The notes under the pieces were generated by a model. The model was not told the DNA's origin and searched no databases. It saw only the letters and a program-made list of their open reading frames with translations. A stretch of DNA of 64,000 nucleotides, taken from assembly GCA_964016885.1 (NCBI GenBank), contig OZ024744.1, positions 20,212,001 through 20,276,000 on the forward strand. Direction: 5' to 3'. Source of the DNA: Eledone cirrhosa (lineage: Eukaryota). The position numbers and the translations under genes were made by a program. The stretch's first letter is position 1; every line of letters starts with the position of its first letter. Positions 27,701-42,467 of this stretch are shown in pieces.

Positions 27701-30700
27701 ACTGACTCGTTTTAACAACAGTTCAACCTTAAGAACTGACTCGTTTTAACAACAGTTAAATCTTAATAACTGACTCGTTTTAACAACAGTTTAATGTTAA
27801 GATAAAACTCGTTTTAACAATAGTTGAATCTTAAGAACTGACTCGTTTTAACAACAGTTGAATCTTAAGATAAAACTCGTTTTAACAACTGTTGAATCTT
27901 AAGAACTGACTCGTTTTAACAACAGTTGAATGTTAAGATAAAACTCGTTTTAACAATAGTTGAATCTTAAGAACTGACTCGATTTAACAACAGTTGAATC
28001 TTAAGATAAAACTCGTTTTAACAACAGTTGAATCTTAAGAACTGACTCGTTATAACAACAGCTGAATCTTAAGATAAAACTCGTTTTAACAACAGTTCAA
28101 ACTTAAGAAATGACTCGTTTTAACAACAGTTGAATCTTATGAACTGACTCAATGTAACAACAGTTGAATCTTAAGATAACATTCGTTTTAACAACAGTTC
28201 AGCCTTAAGAACTGACTCGTTTTAACAACAGTTGAATCTTCAAATAAAACTCGTTTTAACAACAGTTGAATCTTAAGAAATGACTCGTTTTAACAACAGT
28301 TGAATCTTAAGATAAAACTCGTTTTAACAACAGTTGAATCTTAAGAACTGACTCATTTTAACAACAGTTGAATCTTAAGATAAAACTCGTTTTAACAACA
28401 GTTGAATCTTAAGAACTGACTCGTTTTAACAACAGTTGAATCTTAAGATAAAATTCGCTTTAACAACAGTTGAATCTTAAGAACTGATTCGTTTTAACAA
28501 CAGTTCAAACTTAAGAACTGACTCGTTTTAACATCAGTTGAATCTTATGAACTGACTCATTTTAACAACAGTTGAATCTTAAGATAACATTCGTTTTAAC
28601 AACAGTTGAATCTTATGAACTGACTCATTTTAACAACAGTTGAATCTTAAGAACTGACTCGTTTTAACAACAGTTGAATCTTAAGAACTGACTCGTTTTA
28701 ACGACAGCTGAATCTTAAGATAAAACTAGTTTTAACAACAGTTGAATCTTAAAGATAAACCTCGCTTTAACAACAGTTGAATCTTAAAATAAAACTCGTT
28801 TTAACAATAGTTGAATCTCAAGAACTGACTCGTTTTAGCAACAGTTGAATCTTAAGATAACACTCGTTTTAATAACAGTTGAATCTTAAGAACTGTCTCG
28901 TTTTAACAACAGTTGATTCTTAAGATAAACCTAGTTTTAACAACAGTTGAATCTTAACAACTGACTCGTTTTAACAATAGTTGAATCTTAAGAACTGACT
29001 CGTTTTAACAACAGTTGAATCTTAAGATAAAACTCGTTTTAACAACAGTTGAATCTTAAGAACTGACTCATTTTAACAACAGTTGAATCTTAAGATAAAA
29101 CTCGTTTTAACAACAGTTGAATCTTAAGAACTGACTAGTTTTTACAACAGCTGAATCTTAAGATACAACTCGTTTTAACAACAGTTGAATCTTAAGAACT
29201 GACTCGTTTTAACAACAGTTCAACCTTAAGAGCTGACTCGTTTAACATCAGTTGAATCTTCAAATAAAACTCGTTTTAACAACAGTTGAAACTTAAGAAC
29301 TGACTCGTTTTAACAACAGTTGAATGTTAAGGTAAAACTCGTTTTAACAATAGTTGAATCCTAAGAACTGACTCGATTTAACAACAGTTGAATCTTAAGA
29401 TAAAACTCGTTTTAACAACAGTTGAATCTTAAGAACTGACTCGTTTTAACAACAGTTGAATCTTCAAATAAAACTCGTTTTAACAACAGTTGAATCTTAA
29501 GAACTGACTCGTGTTAACAACAGTTGAATGTTAAGGTAAAACTCGTTTTAACAATAGTTGAATCCTAAGAACTGACTCGATTTAACAACAGTTGAATCTT
29601 AAGATAAAACTCGTTTTAACAACAGTTGAATCTTAAGAACTGACTCGTTATAACAACAGCTAAATCTTAAGATAAAACTCGTTTTAACAACAGTTCAAAC
29701 TTAAGAAATGACTCGTTTTAACAACAGTTGAATCTTATGAACTGACTCATTGTAACAACAGTTGAATCTTAAGATAACATTCGTTTTAACAACAGTTCAA
29801 CCTTAAGAACTGACTCGTTTTAACAACAGTTAAATCTTAATAACTGACTCGTTTTAACAACAGTTGAATCTTAAGATAAAAACTCGTTTTAACAATAGTT
29901 AAATCTTAAGAACTGACTCGTTTTAACAACAGTTGAATCTTAAGATATAACTCGTTTTAACAGCAGTTGAATCTTAAGAATTGACTCGTTTTAACAAAAG
30001 TTCAACCTTAAGAACTGACTCGTTTTAACAACAGTGAATCTTCAAATAAGACTCGTTTTAACAACAGTTGAATCTTAAGAACTGACTCGTTTTAACAACA
30101 GTTGAATCTTAAGATAAAGCACGTTTTAACAACAGTTCAATCTTAAGAACTGACTCATTTTACCAACGGTTGAATCCTAAGACAAAACCCGTTTTAACAA
30201 CAGTTGAATCTTAAGATAAACCTCGTTTTAACAACAGTTGAATCTTAAGAACTGACTCGTTTCATCAACAGTTCAACCTTAAGAACTGACTCGTTTTAAC
30301 AACAGGTGAATCTTCAAATAAAATTTGTTTTAACAACAGTTGAATCTTAAGAACTGACTCCTTTTAACAACAGTTGAATGTTAAGATAAAACTCGTTTTA
30401 ACAATAGTTGAATCTTAAGAACTGACTCGTTTTAACAACAGATGAATCGTAAGATAAAACTCGTTTTAACAACAGTTGAATCTTAAGAACTGACTCGTGT
30501 TAACAACAGTTGAATCTTCAAATAAAACTCGTTTTAACAACAGTTGAATCTTAAGAACTGACTCGTTTTATCAACAGTTCAACATTAAAAACTGACTCGT
30601 TTTAACAACAGTTGAATCATCAAATAAAACTCGTTTTAACAATAGTTGAATCTTAAGATAAAATTCGTTTTAACAACAGTTGAATCTTAAGAACTACTCG

Positions 30701-32790
30701 TTTTAACAACAGTTGAATGTTAAGATAAAACTCGTTTTAACAATAGTTGAATCTTAAGAACTGACTCGTTTTAACAAAACTTGAATCTTCAAATAAAACT
30801 CGTTTTAACAACAGTTGAATCTTAAGAACTGACTCGTTTTAACAACAGTTGAAACTTAAGATAAAACTAGTTTTAACAACAGTTGAATCTTAAGAACTGA
30901 CTCGTTTTAACAGCAGCTGATACTTAAGATAAAACTCGTTTTAATAACAGTTGAATCTTAACAACTGACTCGTTTTAACAATAGTTGAATCTTAACAACT
31001 GACTCGTTTTAACAATAGTTGAATCTTAAGAACTGACTCGTTTTAACAACAGTTGAATCTTAAGATAAAACTCGTTTTAACAACAGTTGAATCTTAAGAA
31101 CTGACTCATTTTAACAACAGTTGAATCTTAAGATAAAACTCGTTTTAACAACAGTTGAATCTTAAGAACTGACTCGTTTTTACGACAGCTGAATCTTAAG
31201 ATACAACTCGTTTTAACAACAGTTGAATCTTAAGAACTGACTCGTTTTAACAACAGTTCAACCTTAAGAGCTGACTCGTTTAACATCAGTTGAATCTTCA
31301 AATAAAACTCGTTTTAACAACAGTTGAAACTTAAGAACTGACTCGTTTTAACAACAGTTGAATCTTCAAATAAAACTCGTTTTAACAACAGTTGAATCTT
31401 AAGAACTGACTCGTTTTATCAACAGTTCAACATTAAGAACTGACTCGTTTTAACAACAGTTGAATCATCAAATAAAACTCGTTTTAACAATAGTTGAATC
31501 TTAAGATAAAACTCGTTTTAACAACAGTTGAATCTTAAGAACTACTCGTTTTAACAACAGTTGAATGTTAAGATAAAACTCGTTTTAACAATAGTTGAAT
31601 CTTAAGAACTGACTCGTTTTAACAAAACTTGAATCTTCAAATAAAACTCGTTTTAACAACAGTTGAATCTTAAGAACTGACTCGTTTTAACAGCAGCTGA
31701 TACTTAAGATAAAACTCGTTTTAATAACAGTTGAATCTTAACAACTGACTCGTTTTAACAATAGTTGAATCTTAAGAACTGACTCGTTTTAACAACAGTT
31801 GAATCTTAAGATAAAACTCCTTTTAACAACAGTTGAATCTTAAGAACTGACTCATTTTAACAACAGTTGAATCTTAAGATAAAACTCGTTTTAACAACAG
31901 TTGAATCTTAAGAACTGACTAGTTTTTACAACAGCTGAATCTTAAGATACAACTCGTTTTAACAACAGTTGAATCTTAAGAACTGACTCGTTTTAACAAC
32001 AGTTCAACCTTAAGAGCTGACTCGTTTAACATCAGTTGAATCTTCAAATAAAACTTGTTTTAACAACAGTTGAAACTTAAGAACTGACTCGTTTTAACAA
32101 CAGTTGAATGTTAAGGTAAAACTCGTTTTAACAATAGTTGAATCCTAAGAACTGACTCGATTTAACAACAGTTGAATCTTAAGATAAAACTCGTTTTAAC
32201 AACAGTTGAATCTTAAGAACTGACTCGTTTTAACAACAGTTGAATCTTCAAATAAAACTCGTTTTAACAACAGTTGAATCTTAAGAACTGACTCGTTTTA
32301 ACAACAGTTGAATGTTAAGGTAAAACTCGTTTTAACAATAGTTGAATCCTAAGAACTGACTCGATTTAACAACAGTTGAATCTTAAGATAAAACTCGTTT
32401 TAACAACAGTTGAATCTTCAGAACTGACTCGTTATAACAACAGCTGAATCTTAAGATAAAACTCGTTTTAACAACAGTTCAAACTTAAGAAATGACTCGT
32501 TTTACAACAGTTGAATCTTATGAACTGACTCATTGTAACAACAGTTGAATCTTAAGATAACATTCGTTTTAACAACAGTTCAACCTTAAGAACTGACTCG
32601 TTTTAACAACAGTTGAATCTTCAAATAAAACTCGTTTTAACAACAGTTGAATCTTAAGAAATGACTCGTTTTAACAACAGTTCAAACTTAAGAACTGACT
32701 CGTTTTAACATCAGTTGAATCTTATGAACTGACTCATTTTAACAACAGTTGAATCTTAAGATAACAATCGTTTTAACAACAGTTGAATCT
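17730..32790. repeat. Higher-order tandem duplication, 7.4-7.6 kb x2
   Basis: TATAACAACAGCTG is at 17761/25198 and GTTTCATCGAAC at 18371/25808 (offset 7437). GCACGTTTT is at 22511/30119 and ATAACAATCG at 25153/32761 (offset 7608). The shift is explained by a 171-bp (5-monomer) indel at about 29790-29960. Confidence 0.92.
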
Positions 32791-34715
32791 TATGAACTGA
32801 CTCATTTTAACAACAGTTGAATCATAAAACTGACTCGTTTTAACAACAGTTGAATCTTAAAGATAAAACTCGTTTTAACACCAGTTGAATCTTAAGAACT
32901 GACTCGTTTTAACAACAGCTGAATCTTAAGATAAAACTCGTTTTAACAACAGTTGAATCTTAAGAACTGACTCGTTTTAACAACAGTTCAACCTTAAGAG
33001 CTGACTCGTTTAACATCAGTTGAATCTTCAAATAAAACTCGTTTTAACAACAGTTGAAACTTAAGAACTGACTCGTTTTAACAACAGTTGAATCTTCAAA
33101 TAAAACTCGTTTTAACAACAGTTGAATCTTAAGAACTGACTCGTTTTATCAACAGTTCAACATTAAGAACTGACTCGTTTTAACAACAGTTGAATCATCA
33201 AATAAAACTCGTTTTAACAATAGTTGAATCTTAAGATAAAACTCGTTTTAACAACAGTTGAATCTTAAGAACTACTCGTTTTAACAACAGTTGAATGTTA
33301 AGATAAAACTCGTTTTAACAATAGTTGAATCTTAAGAACTGACTCGTTTTAACAAAACTTGAATCTTCAAATAAAACTCGTTTTAACAACAGTTGAATCT
33401 TAAGAACTGACTCGTTTTAACAGCAGCTGATACTTAAGATAAAACTCGTTTTAATAACAGTTGAATCTTAACAACTGACTCGTTTTAACAATAGTTGAAT
33501 CTTAAGAACTGACTCGTTTTAACAACAGTTGAATCTTAAGATAAAACTCGTTTTAACAACAGTTGAATCTTAAGAACTGACTCATTTTAACAACAGTTGA
33601 ATCTTAAGATAAAACTCGTTTTAACAACAGTTGAATCTTAAGAACTGACTAGTTTTTACAACAGCTGAATCTTAAGATACAACTCGTTTTAACAACAGTT
33701 GAATCTTAAGAACTGACTCGTTTTAACAACAGTTCAACCTTAAGAGCTGACTCGTTTAACATCAGTTGAATCTTCAAATAAAACTCGTTTTAACAACAGT
33801 TGAAACTTAAGAACTGACTCGTTTTAACAACAGTTGAATGTTAAGGTAAAACTCGTTTTAACAATAGTTGAATCCTAAGAACTGACTCGATTTAACAACA
33901 GTTGAATCTTAAGATAAAACTCGTTTTAACAACAGTTGAATCTTAAGAACTGACTCGTTTTAACAACAGTTGAATCTTCAAATAAAACTCGTTTTAACAA
34001 CAGTTGAATCTTAAGAACTGACTCGTTTTAACAACAGTTGAATGTTAAGGTAAAACTCGTTTTAACAATAGTTGAATCCTAAGAACTGACTCGATTTAAC
34101 AACAGTTGAATCTTAAGATAAAACTCGTTTTAACAACAGTTGAATCTTCAGAACTGACTCGTTATAACAACAGCTGAATCTTAAGATAAAACTCGTTTTA
34201 ACAACAGTTCAAACTTAAGAAATGACTCGTTTTACAACAGTTGAATCTTATGAACTGACTCATTGTAACAACAGTTGAATCTTAAGATAACATTCGTTTT
34301 AACAACAGTTCAACCTTAAGAACTGACTCGTTTTAACAACAGTTGAATCTTCAAATAAAACTCGTTTTAACAACAGTTGAATCTTAAGAAATGACTCGTT
34401 TTAACAACAGTTCAAACTTAAGAACTGACTCGTTTTAACATCAGTTGAATCTTATGAACTGACTCATTTTAACAACAGTTGAATCTTAAGATAACAATCG
34501 TTTTAACAACAGTTGAATCTTATGAACTGACTCATTTTAACAACAGTTGAATCATAAAACTGACTCGTTTTAACAACAGTTGAATCTTAAAGATAAAACT
34601 CGTTTTAACACCAGTTGAATCTTAAGAACTGACTCGTTTTAACAACAGCTGAATCTTAAGATAAAACTCGTTTTAACAACAGTTGAATCTTAAGAACTGA
34701 CTCGTTTTAACAACA
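31215..34715. repeat. Tandem duplication, 1,730-bp period (about 51 monomers) x2
   Basis: AACAAAACTTGAATCTTC is at 31621/33351 and ATCATAAAACTGACTC at 32821/34551 (offset 1730). Confidence 0.88.
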
Positions 34716-37700
34716 GTTTAATCTTAAGATAATACTCGTTTTAACAATAGTTGAATCTTAAGAACTGACTCGTTTTAACGACAGCTGAATCTCAAGAACT
34801 GACTCGTTTTAGCAACAGTTGAATCTTAAGATAACACTCGTTTTAATAACAGTTGAATCTTAAGAACTGTCTCGTTTTAACAACAGTTGAATCTTAAGAT
34901 AAACCTCGTTTTTACAACAGTTGAATCTTAAGAACTGACTCGTTTTAACAACAGTTAAATCTTAATAACTGACTCGTTTTAACAACAGCTGAATCATCAA
35001 ATCAAACTCGTTCTAACAACAGTTGGATCTTAAGAACTGACTCGTTTTAACAACAGTCGAATCTTAAGATAAAACTCGTTTTAACAACAGTTGAATCTTA
35101 AGAACTGACTCATTTTAACAACACTTGAATCTTAAGATAAAACTCGTTTTAACAACAGTTGAATCTTAAGAACTGACTCGTTTTAACAACAGCTGAATCT
35201 TAAGATACAACTCGTTTTAACAACAGTTGAATCTTAAGAACTGACTCGTTTTAACAACAGTTTAATCTTAAGATAAGACTCGTTTTAACAATAGTTGAAT
35301 CTTAAGAACTGACTCGTTTTAACGGCAGCTGAATCTCAAGAACTGACTCGTTTTAGCAACAGTTGAATCTTAAGATAACACTCGTTTTAATAACAGTTGA
35401 ATCTTAAGAACTGTCTCGTTTTAACAACAGTTGAATCTTAAGATAAACCTCGTTTTTACAACAGTTGAATCTTAAGAACTGACTCGTTTTAACAACAGTT
35501 AAATCTTAGTAACTGACTCGTTTTAACAACAGTTGAATGTTAAGATAAATCTCGTTTTAACAATAGTTGAATCTTAAGAACTGACTCGTTTTAACAACGG
35601 TTGAATCTTAAGATAAAACTCGTTTTAACAACTGTTGAATCTTAAGAACTGACTCGTTTTAACAACAGCTGAATCTTAAGATAAAACTCGTTTTAACAAC
35701 AGTTGAATCTTAAGAACTGACTCGTTTTAACAACAGTTGAATCTTAAGATAAAACTCGTTTTAACAACAGTTGAATCTTCAGAACTGACTCGTTATAACA
35801 ACAGCTGAATCTTAAGATAAAACTCGTTTTAACAACAGTTCAAACTTAAGAAATGACTCGTTTTACAACAGTTGAATCTTATGAACTGACTCATTGTAAC
35901 AACAGTTGAATCTTAAGATAACATTCGTTTTAACAACAGTTCAACCTTAAGAACTGACTCGTTTTAACAACAGTTGAATCTTCAAATAAAACTCGTTTTA
36001 ACAACAGTTGAATCTTAAGAAATGACTCGTTTTAACAACAGTTCAAACTTAAGAACTGACTCGTTTTAACATCAGTTGAATCTTATGAACTGACTCATTT
36101 TAACAACAGTTGAATCTTAAGATAACAATCGTTTTAACAACAGTTGAATCTTATGAACTGACTCATTTTAACAACAGTTGAATCATAAAACTGACTCGTT
36201 TTAACAACAGTTGAATCTTAAAGATAAAACTCGTTTTAACACCAGTTGAATCTTAAGAACTGACTCGTTTTAACAACAGCTGAATCTTAAGATAAAACTC
36301 GTTTTAACAACAGTTGAATCTTAAGAACTGACTCGTTTTAACAACAGTTCAACCTTAAGAGCTGACTCGTTTAACATCAGTTGAATCTTCAAATAAAACT
36401 CGTTTTAACAACAGTTGAAACTTAAGAACTGACTCGTTTTAACAACAGTTGAATCTTCAAATAAAACTCGTTTTAACAACAGTTGAATCTTAAGAACTGA
36501 CTCGTTTTATCAACAGTTCAACATTAAGAACTGACTCGTTTTAACAACAGTTGAATCATCAAATAAAACTCGTTTTAACAATAGTTGAATCTTAAGATAA
36601 AACTCGTTTTAACAACAGTTGAATCTTAAGAACTACTCGTTTTAACAACAGTTGAATGTTAAGATAAAACTCGTTTTAACAATAGTTGAATCTTAAGAAC
36701 TGACTCGTTTTAACAAAACTTGAATCTTCAAATAAAACTCGTTTTAACAACAGTTGAATCTTAAGAACTGACTCGTTTTAACAGCAGCTGATACTTAAGA
36801 TAAAACTCGTTTTAATAACAGTTGAATCTTAACAACTGACTCGTTTTAACAATAGTTGAATCTTAAGAACTGACTCGTTTTAACAACAGTTGAATCTTAA
36901 GATAAAACTCGTTTTAACAACAGTTGAATCTTAAGAACTGACTCATTTTAACAACAGTTGAATCTTAAGATAAAACTCGTTTTAACAACAGTTGAATCTT
37001 AAGAACTGACTAGTTTTTACAACAGCTGAATCTTAAGATACAACTCGTTTTAACAACAGTTGAATCTTAAGAACTGACTCGTTTTAACAACAGTTCAACC
37101 TTAAGAGCTGACTCGTTTAACATCAGTTGAATCTTCAAATAAACCTCGTTTTAACAACAGTTGAAACTTAAGAACTGACTCGTTTTAACAACAGTTGAAT
37201 GTTAAGGTAAAACTCGTTTTAACAATAGTTGAATCCTAAGAACTGACTCGATTTAACAACAGTTGAATCTTAAGATAAAACTCGTTTTAACAACAGTTGA
37301 ATCTTAAGAACTGACTCGTTTTAACAACAGTTGAATCTTCAAATAAAACTCGTTTTAACAACAGTTGAATCTTAAGAACTGACTCGTTTTAACAACAGTT
37401 GAATGTTAAGGTAAAACTCGTTTTAACAATAGTTGAATCCTAAGAACTGACTCGATTTAACAACAGTTGAATCTTAAGATAAAACTCGTTTTAACAACAG
37501 TTGAATCTTCAGAACTGACTCGTTATAACAACAGCTGAATCTTAAGATAAAACTCGTTTTAACAACAGTTCAAACTTAAGAAATGACTCGTTTTACAACA
37601 GTTGAATCTTATGAACTGACTCATTGTAACAACAGTTGAATCTTAAGATAACATTCGTTTTAACAACAGTTCAACCTTAAGAACTGACTCGTTTTAACAA

Positions 37701-40700
37701 CAGTTGAATCTTCAAATAAAACTCGTTTTAACAACAGTTGAATCTTAAGAAATGACTCGTTTTAACAACAGTTCAAACTTAAGAACTGACTCGTTTTAAC
37801 ATCAGTTGAATCTTATGAACTGACTCATTTTAACAACAGTTGAATCTTAAGATAACAATCGTTTTAACAACAGTTGAATCTTATGAACTGACTCATTTTA
37901 ACAACAGTTGAATCATAAAACTGACTCGTTTTAACAACAGTTGAATCTTAAAGATAAAACTCGTTTTAACACCAGTTGAATCTTAAGAACTGACTCGTTT
38001 TAACAACAGCTGAATCTTAAGATAAAACTCGTTTTAACAACAGTTGAATCTTAAGAACTGACTCGTTTTAACAACAGTTTAATCTTAAGATAATACTCGT
38101 TTTAACAATAGTTGAATCTTAAGAACTGACTCGTTTTAACGACAGCTGAATCTCAAGAACTGACTCGTTTTAGCAACAGTTGAATCTTAAGATAACACTC
38201 GTTTTAATAACAGTTGAATCTTAAGAACTGTCTCGTTTTAACAACAGTTGAATCTTAAGATAAACCTCGTTTTTACAACAGTTGAATCTTAAGAACTGAC
38301 TCGTTTTAACAACAGTTAAATCTTAATAACTGACTCGTTTTAACAACAGCTGAATCATCAAATCAAACTCGTTCTAACAACAGTTGGATCTTAAGAACTG
38401 ACTCGTTTTAACAACAGTCGAATCTTAAGATAAAACTCGTTTTAACAACAGTTGAATCTTAAGAACTGACTCATTTTAACAACACTTGAATCTTAAGATA
38501 AAACTCGTTTTAACAACAGTTGAATCTTAAGAACTGACTCGTTTTAACAACAGCTGAATCTTAAGATACAACTCGTTTTAACAACAGTTGAATCTTAAGA
38601 ACTGACTCGTTTTAACAACAGTTTAATCTTAAGATAAGACTCGTTTTAACAATAGTTGAATCTTAAGAACTGACTCGTTTTAACGGCAGCTGAATCTCAA
38701 GAACTGACTCGTTTTAGCAACAGTTGAATCTTAAGATAACACTCGTTTTAATAACAGTTGAATCTTAAGAACTGTCTCGTTTTAACAACAGTTGAATCTT
38801 AAGATAAACCTCGTTTTTACAACAGTTGAATCTTAAGAACTGACTCGTTTTAACAACAGTTAAATCTTAGTAACTGACTCGTTTTAACAACAGTTGAATG
38901 TTAAGATAAATCTCGTTTTAACAATAGTTGAATCTTAAGAACTGACTCGTTTTAACAACGGTTGAATCTTAAGATAAAACTCGTTTTAACAACTGTTGAA
39001 TCTTAAGAACTGACTCGTTTTAACAACAGCTGAATCTTAAGATAAAACTCGTTTTAACAACAGTTGAATCTTAAGAACTGACTCGTTTTAACAACAGTTG
39101 AATCTTAAGATAAAACTCGTTTTAACAACAGTTGAATCTTCAGAACTGACTCGTTATAACAACAGCTGAATCTTAAGATAAAACTCGTTTTAACAACAGT
39201 TCAAACTTAAGAAATGACTCGTTTTACAACAGTTGAATCTTATGAACTGACTCATTGTAACAACAGTTGAATCTTAAGATAACATTCGTTTTAACAACAG
39301 TTCAACCTTAAGAACTGACTCGTTTTAACAACAGTTGAATCTTCAAATAAAACTCGTTTTAACAACAGTTGAATCTTAAGAAATGACTCGTTTTAACAAC
39401 AGTTCAAACTTAAGAACTGACTCGTTTTAACATCAGTTGAATCTTATGAACTGACTCATTTTAACAACAGTTGAATCTTAAGATAACAATCGTTTTAACA
39501 ACAGTTGAATCTTATGAACTGACTCATTTTAACAACAGTTGAATCATAAAACTGACTCGTTTTAACAACAGTTGAATCTTAAAGATAAAACTCGTTTTAA
39601 CACCAGTTGAATCTTAAGAACTGACTCGTTTTAACAACAGCTGAATCTTAAGATAAAACTCGTTTTAACAACAGTTGAATCTTAAGAACTGACTCGTTTT
39701 AACAACAGTTCAACCTTAAGAGCTGACTCGTTTAACATCAGTTGAATCTTCAAATAAAACTCGTTTTAACAACAGTTGAAACTTAAGAACTGACTCGTTT
39801 TAACAACAGTTGAATCTTCAAATAAAACTCGTTTTAACAACAGTTGAATCTTAAGAACTGACTCGTTTTATCAACAGTTCAACATTAAGAACTGACTCGT
39901 TTTAACAACAGTTGAATCATCAAATAAAACTCGTTTTAACAATAGTTGAATCTTAAGATAAAACTCGTTTTAACAACAGTTGAATCTTAAGAACTACTCG
40001 TTTTAACAACAGTTGAATGTTAAGATAAAACTCGTTTTAACAATAGTTGAATCTTAAGAACTGACTCGTTTTAACAAAACTTGAATCTTCAAATAAAACT
40101 CGTTTTAACAACAGTTGAATCTTAAGAACTGACTCGTTTTAACAGCAGCTGATACTTAAGATAAAACTCGTTTTAATAACAGTTGAATCTTAACAACTGA
40201 CTCGTTTTAACAATAGTTGAATCTTAAGAACTGACTCGTTTTAACAACAGTTGAATCTTAAGATAAAACTCGTTTTAACAACAGTTGAATCTTAAGAACT
40301 GACTCATTTTAACAACAGTTGAATCTTAAGATAAAACTCGTTTTAACAACAGTTGAATCTTAAGAACTGACTAGTTTTTACAACAGCTGAATCTTAAGAT
40401 ACAACTCGTTTTAACAACAGTTGAATCTTAAGAACTGACTCGTTTTAACAACAGTTCAACCTTAAGAGCTGACTCGTTTAACATCAGTTGAATCTTCAAA
40501 TAAAACTCGTTTTAACAACAGTTGAAACTTAAGAACTGACTCGTTTTAACAACAGTTGAATGTTAAGGTAAAACTCGTTTTAACAATAGTTGAATCCTAA
40601 GAACTGACTCGATTTAACAACAGTTGAATCTTAAGATAAAACTCGTTTTAACAACAGTTGAATCTTAAGAACTGACTCGTTTTAACAACAGTTGAATCTT

Positions 40701-42467
40701 CAAATAAAACTCGTTTTAACAACAGTTGAATCTTAAGAACTGACTCGTTTTAACAACAGTTGAATGTTAAGGTAAAACTCGTTTTAACAATAGTTGAATC
40801 CTAAGAACTGACTCGATTTAACAACAGTTGAATCTTAAGATAAAACTCGTTTTAACAACAGTTGAATCTTCAGAACTGACTCGTTATAACAACAGCTGAA
40901 TCTTAAGATAAAACTCGTTTTAACAACAGTTCAAACTTAAGAAATGACTCGTTTTACAACAGTTGAATCTTATGAACTGACTCATTGTAACAACAGTTGA
41001 ATCTTAAGATAACATTCGTTTTAACAACAGTTCAACCTTAAGAACTGACTCGTTTTAACAACAGTTGAATCTTCAAATAAAACTCGTTTTAACAACAGTT
41101 GAATCTTAAGAAATGACTCGTTTTAACAACAGTTCAAACTTAAGAACTGACTCGTTTTAACATCAGTTGAATCTTATGAACTGACTCATTTTAACAACAG
41201 TTGAATCTTAAGATAACAATCGTTTTAACAACAGTTGAATCTTATGAACTGACTCATTTTAACAACAGTTGAATCATAAAACTGACTCGTTTTAACAACA
41301 GTTGAATCTTAAAGATAAAACTCGTTTTAACACCAGTTGAATCTTAAGAACTGACTCGTTTTAACAACAGCTGAATCTTAAGATAAAACTCGTTTTAACA
41401 ACAGTTGAATCTTAAGAACTGACTCGTTTTAACAACAGTTTAATCTTAAGATAATACTCGTTTTAACAATAGTTGAATCTTAAGAACTGACTCGTTTTAA
41501 CGACAGCTGAATCTCAAGAACTGACTCGTTTTAGCAACAGTTGAATCTTAAGATAACACTCGTTTTAATAACAGTTGAATCTTAAGAACTGTCTCGTTTT
41601 AACAACAGTTGAATCTTAAGATAAACCTCGTTTTTACAACAGTTGAATCTTAAGAACTGACTCGTTTTAACAACAGTTAAATCTTAATAACTGACTCGTT
41701 TTAACAACAGCTGAATCATCAAATCAAACTCGTTCTAACAACAGTTGGATCTTAAGAACTGACTCGTTTTAACAACAGTCGAATCTTAAGATAAAACTCG
41801 TTTTAACAACAGTTGAATCTTAAGAACTGACTCATTTTAACAACACTTGAATCTTAAGATAAAACTCGTTTTAACAACAGTTGAATCTTAAGAACTGACT
41901 CGTTTTAACAACAGCTGAATCTTAAGATACAACTCGTTTTAACAACAGTTGAATCTTAAGAACTGACTCGTTTTAACAACAGTTTAATCTTAAGATAAGA
42001 CTCGTTTTAACAATAGTTGAATCTTAAGAACTGACTCGTTTTAACGGCAGCTGAATCTCAAGAACTGACTCGTTTTAGCAACAGTTGAATCTTAAGATAA
42101 CACTCGTTTTAATAACAGTTGAATCTTAAGAACTGTCTCGTTTTAACAACAGTTGAATCTTAAGATAAACCTCGTTTTTACAACAGTTGAATCTTAAGAA
42201 CTGACTCGTTTTAACAACAGTTAAATCTTAGTAACTGACTCGTTTTAACAACAGTTGAATGTTAAGATAAATCTCGTTTTAACAATAGTTGAATCTTAAG
42301 AACTGACTCGTTTTAACAACGGTTGAATCTTAAGATAAAACTCGTTTTAACAACTGTTGAATCTTAAGAACTGACTCGTTTTAACAACAGCTGAATCTTA
42401 AGATAAAACTCGTTTTAACAACAGTTGAATCTTAAGAACTGACTCGTTTTAACAACAGTTGAATCTT
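32365..42467. repeat. Near-identical higher-order repeat, 3,361 bp (about 99 monomers) x3
   Basis: TTCTAACAACAGTTGGATC is at 35011, 38372 and 41733, a constant offset of 3361, and other markers are in register. One substitution was noticed (C at 37144 in copy 2). Confidence 0.95.
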
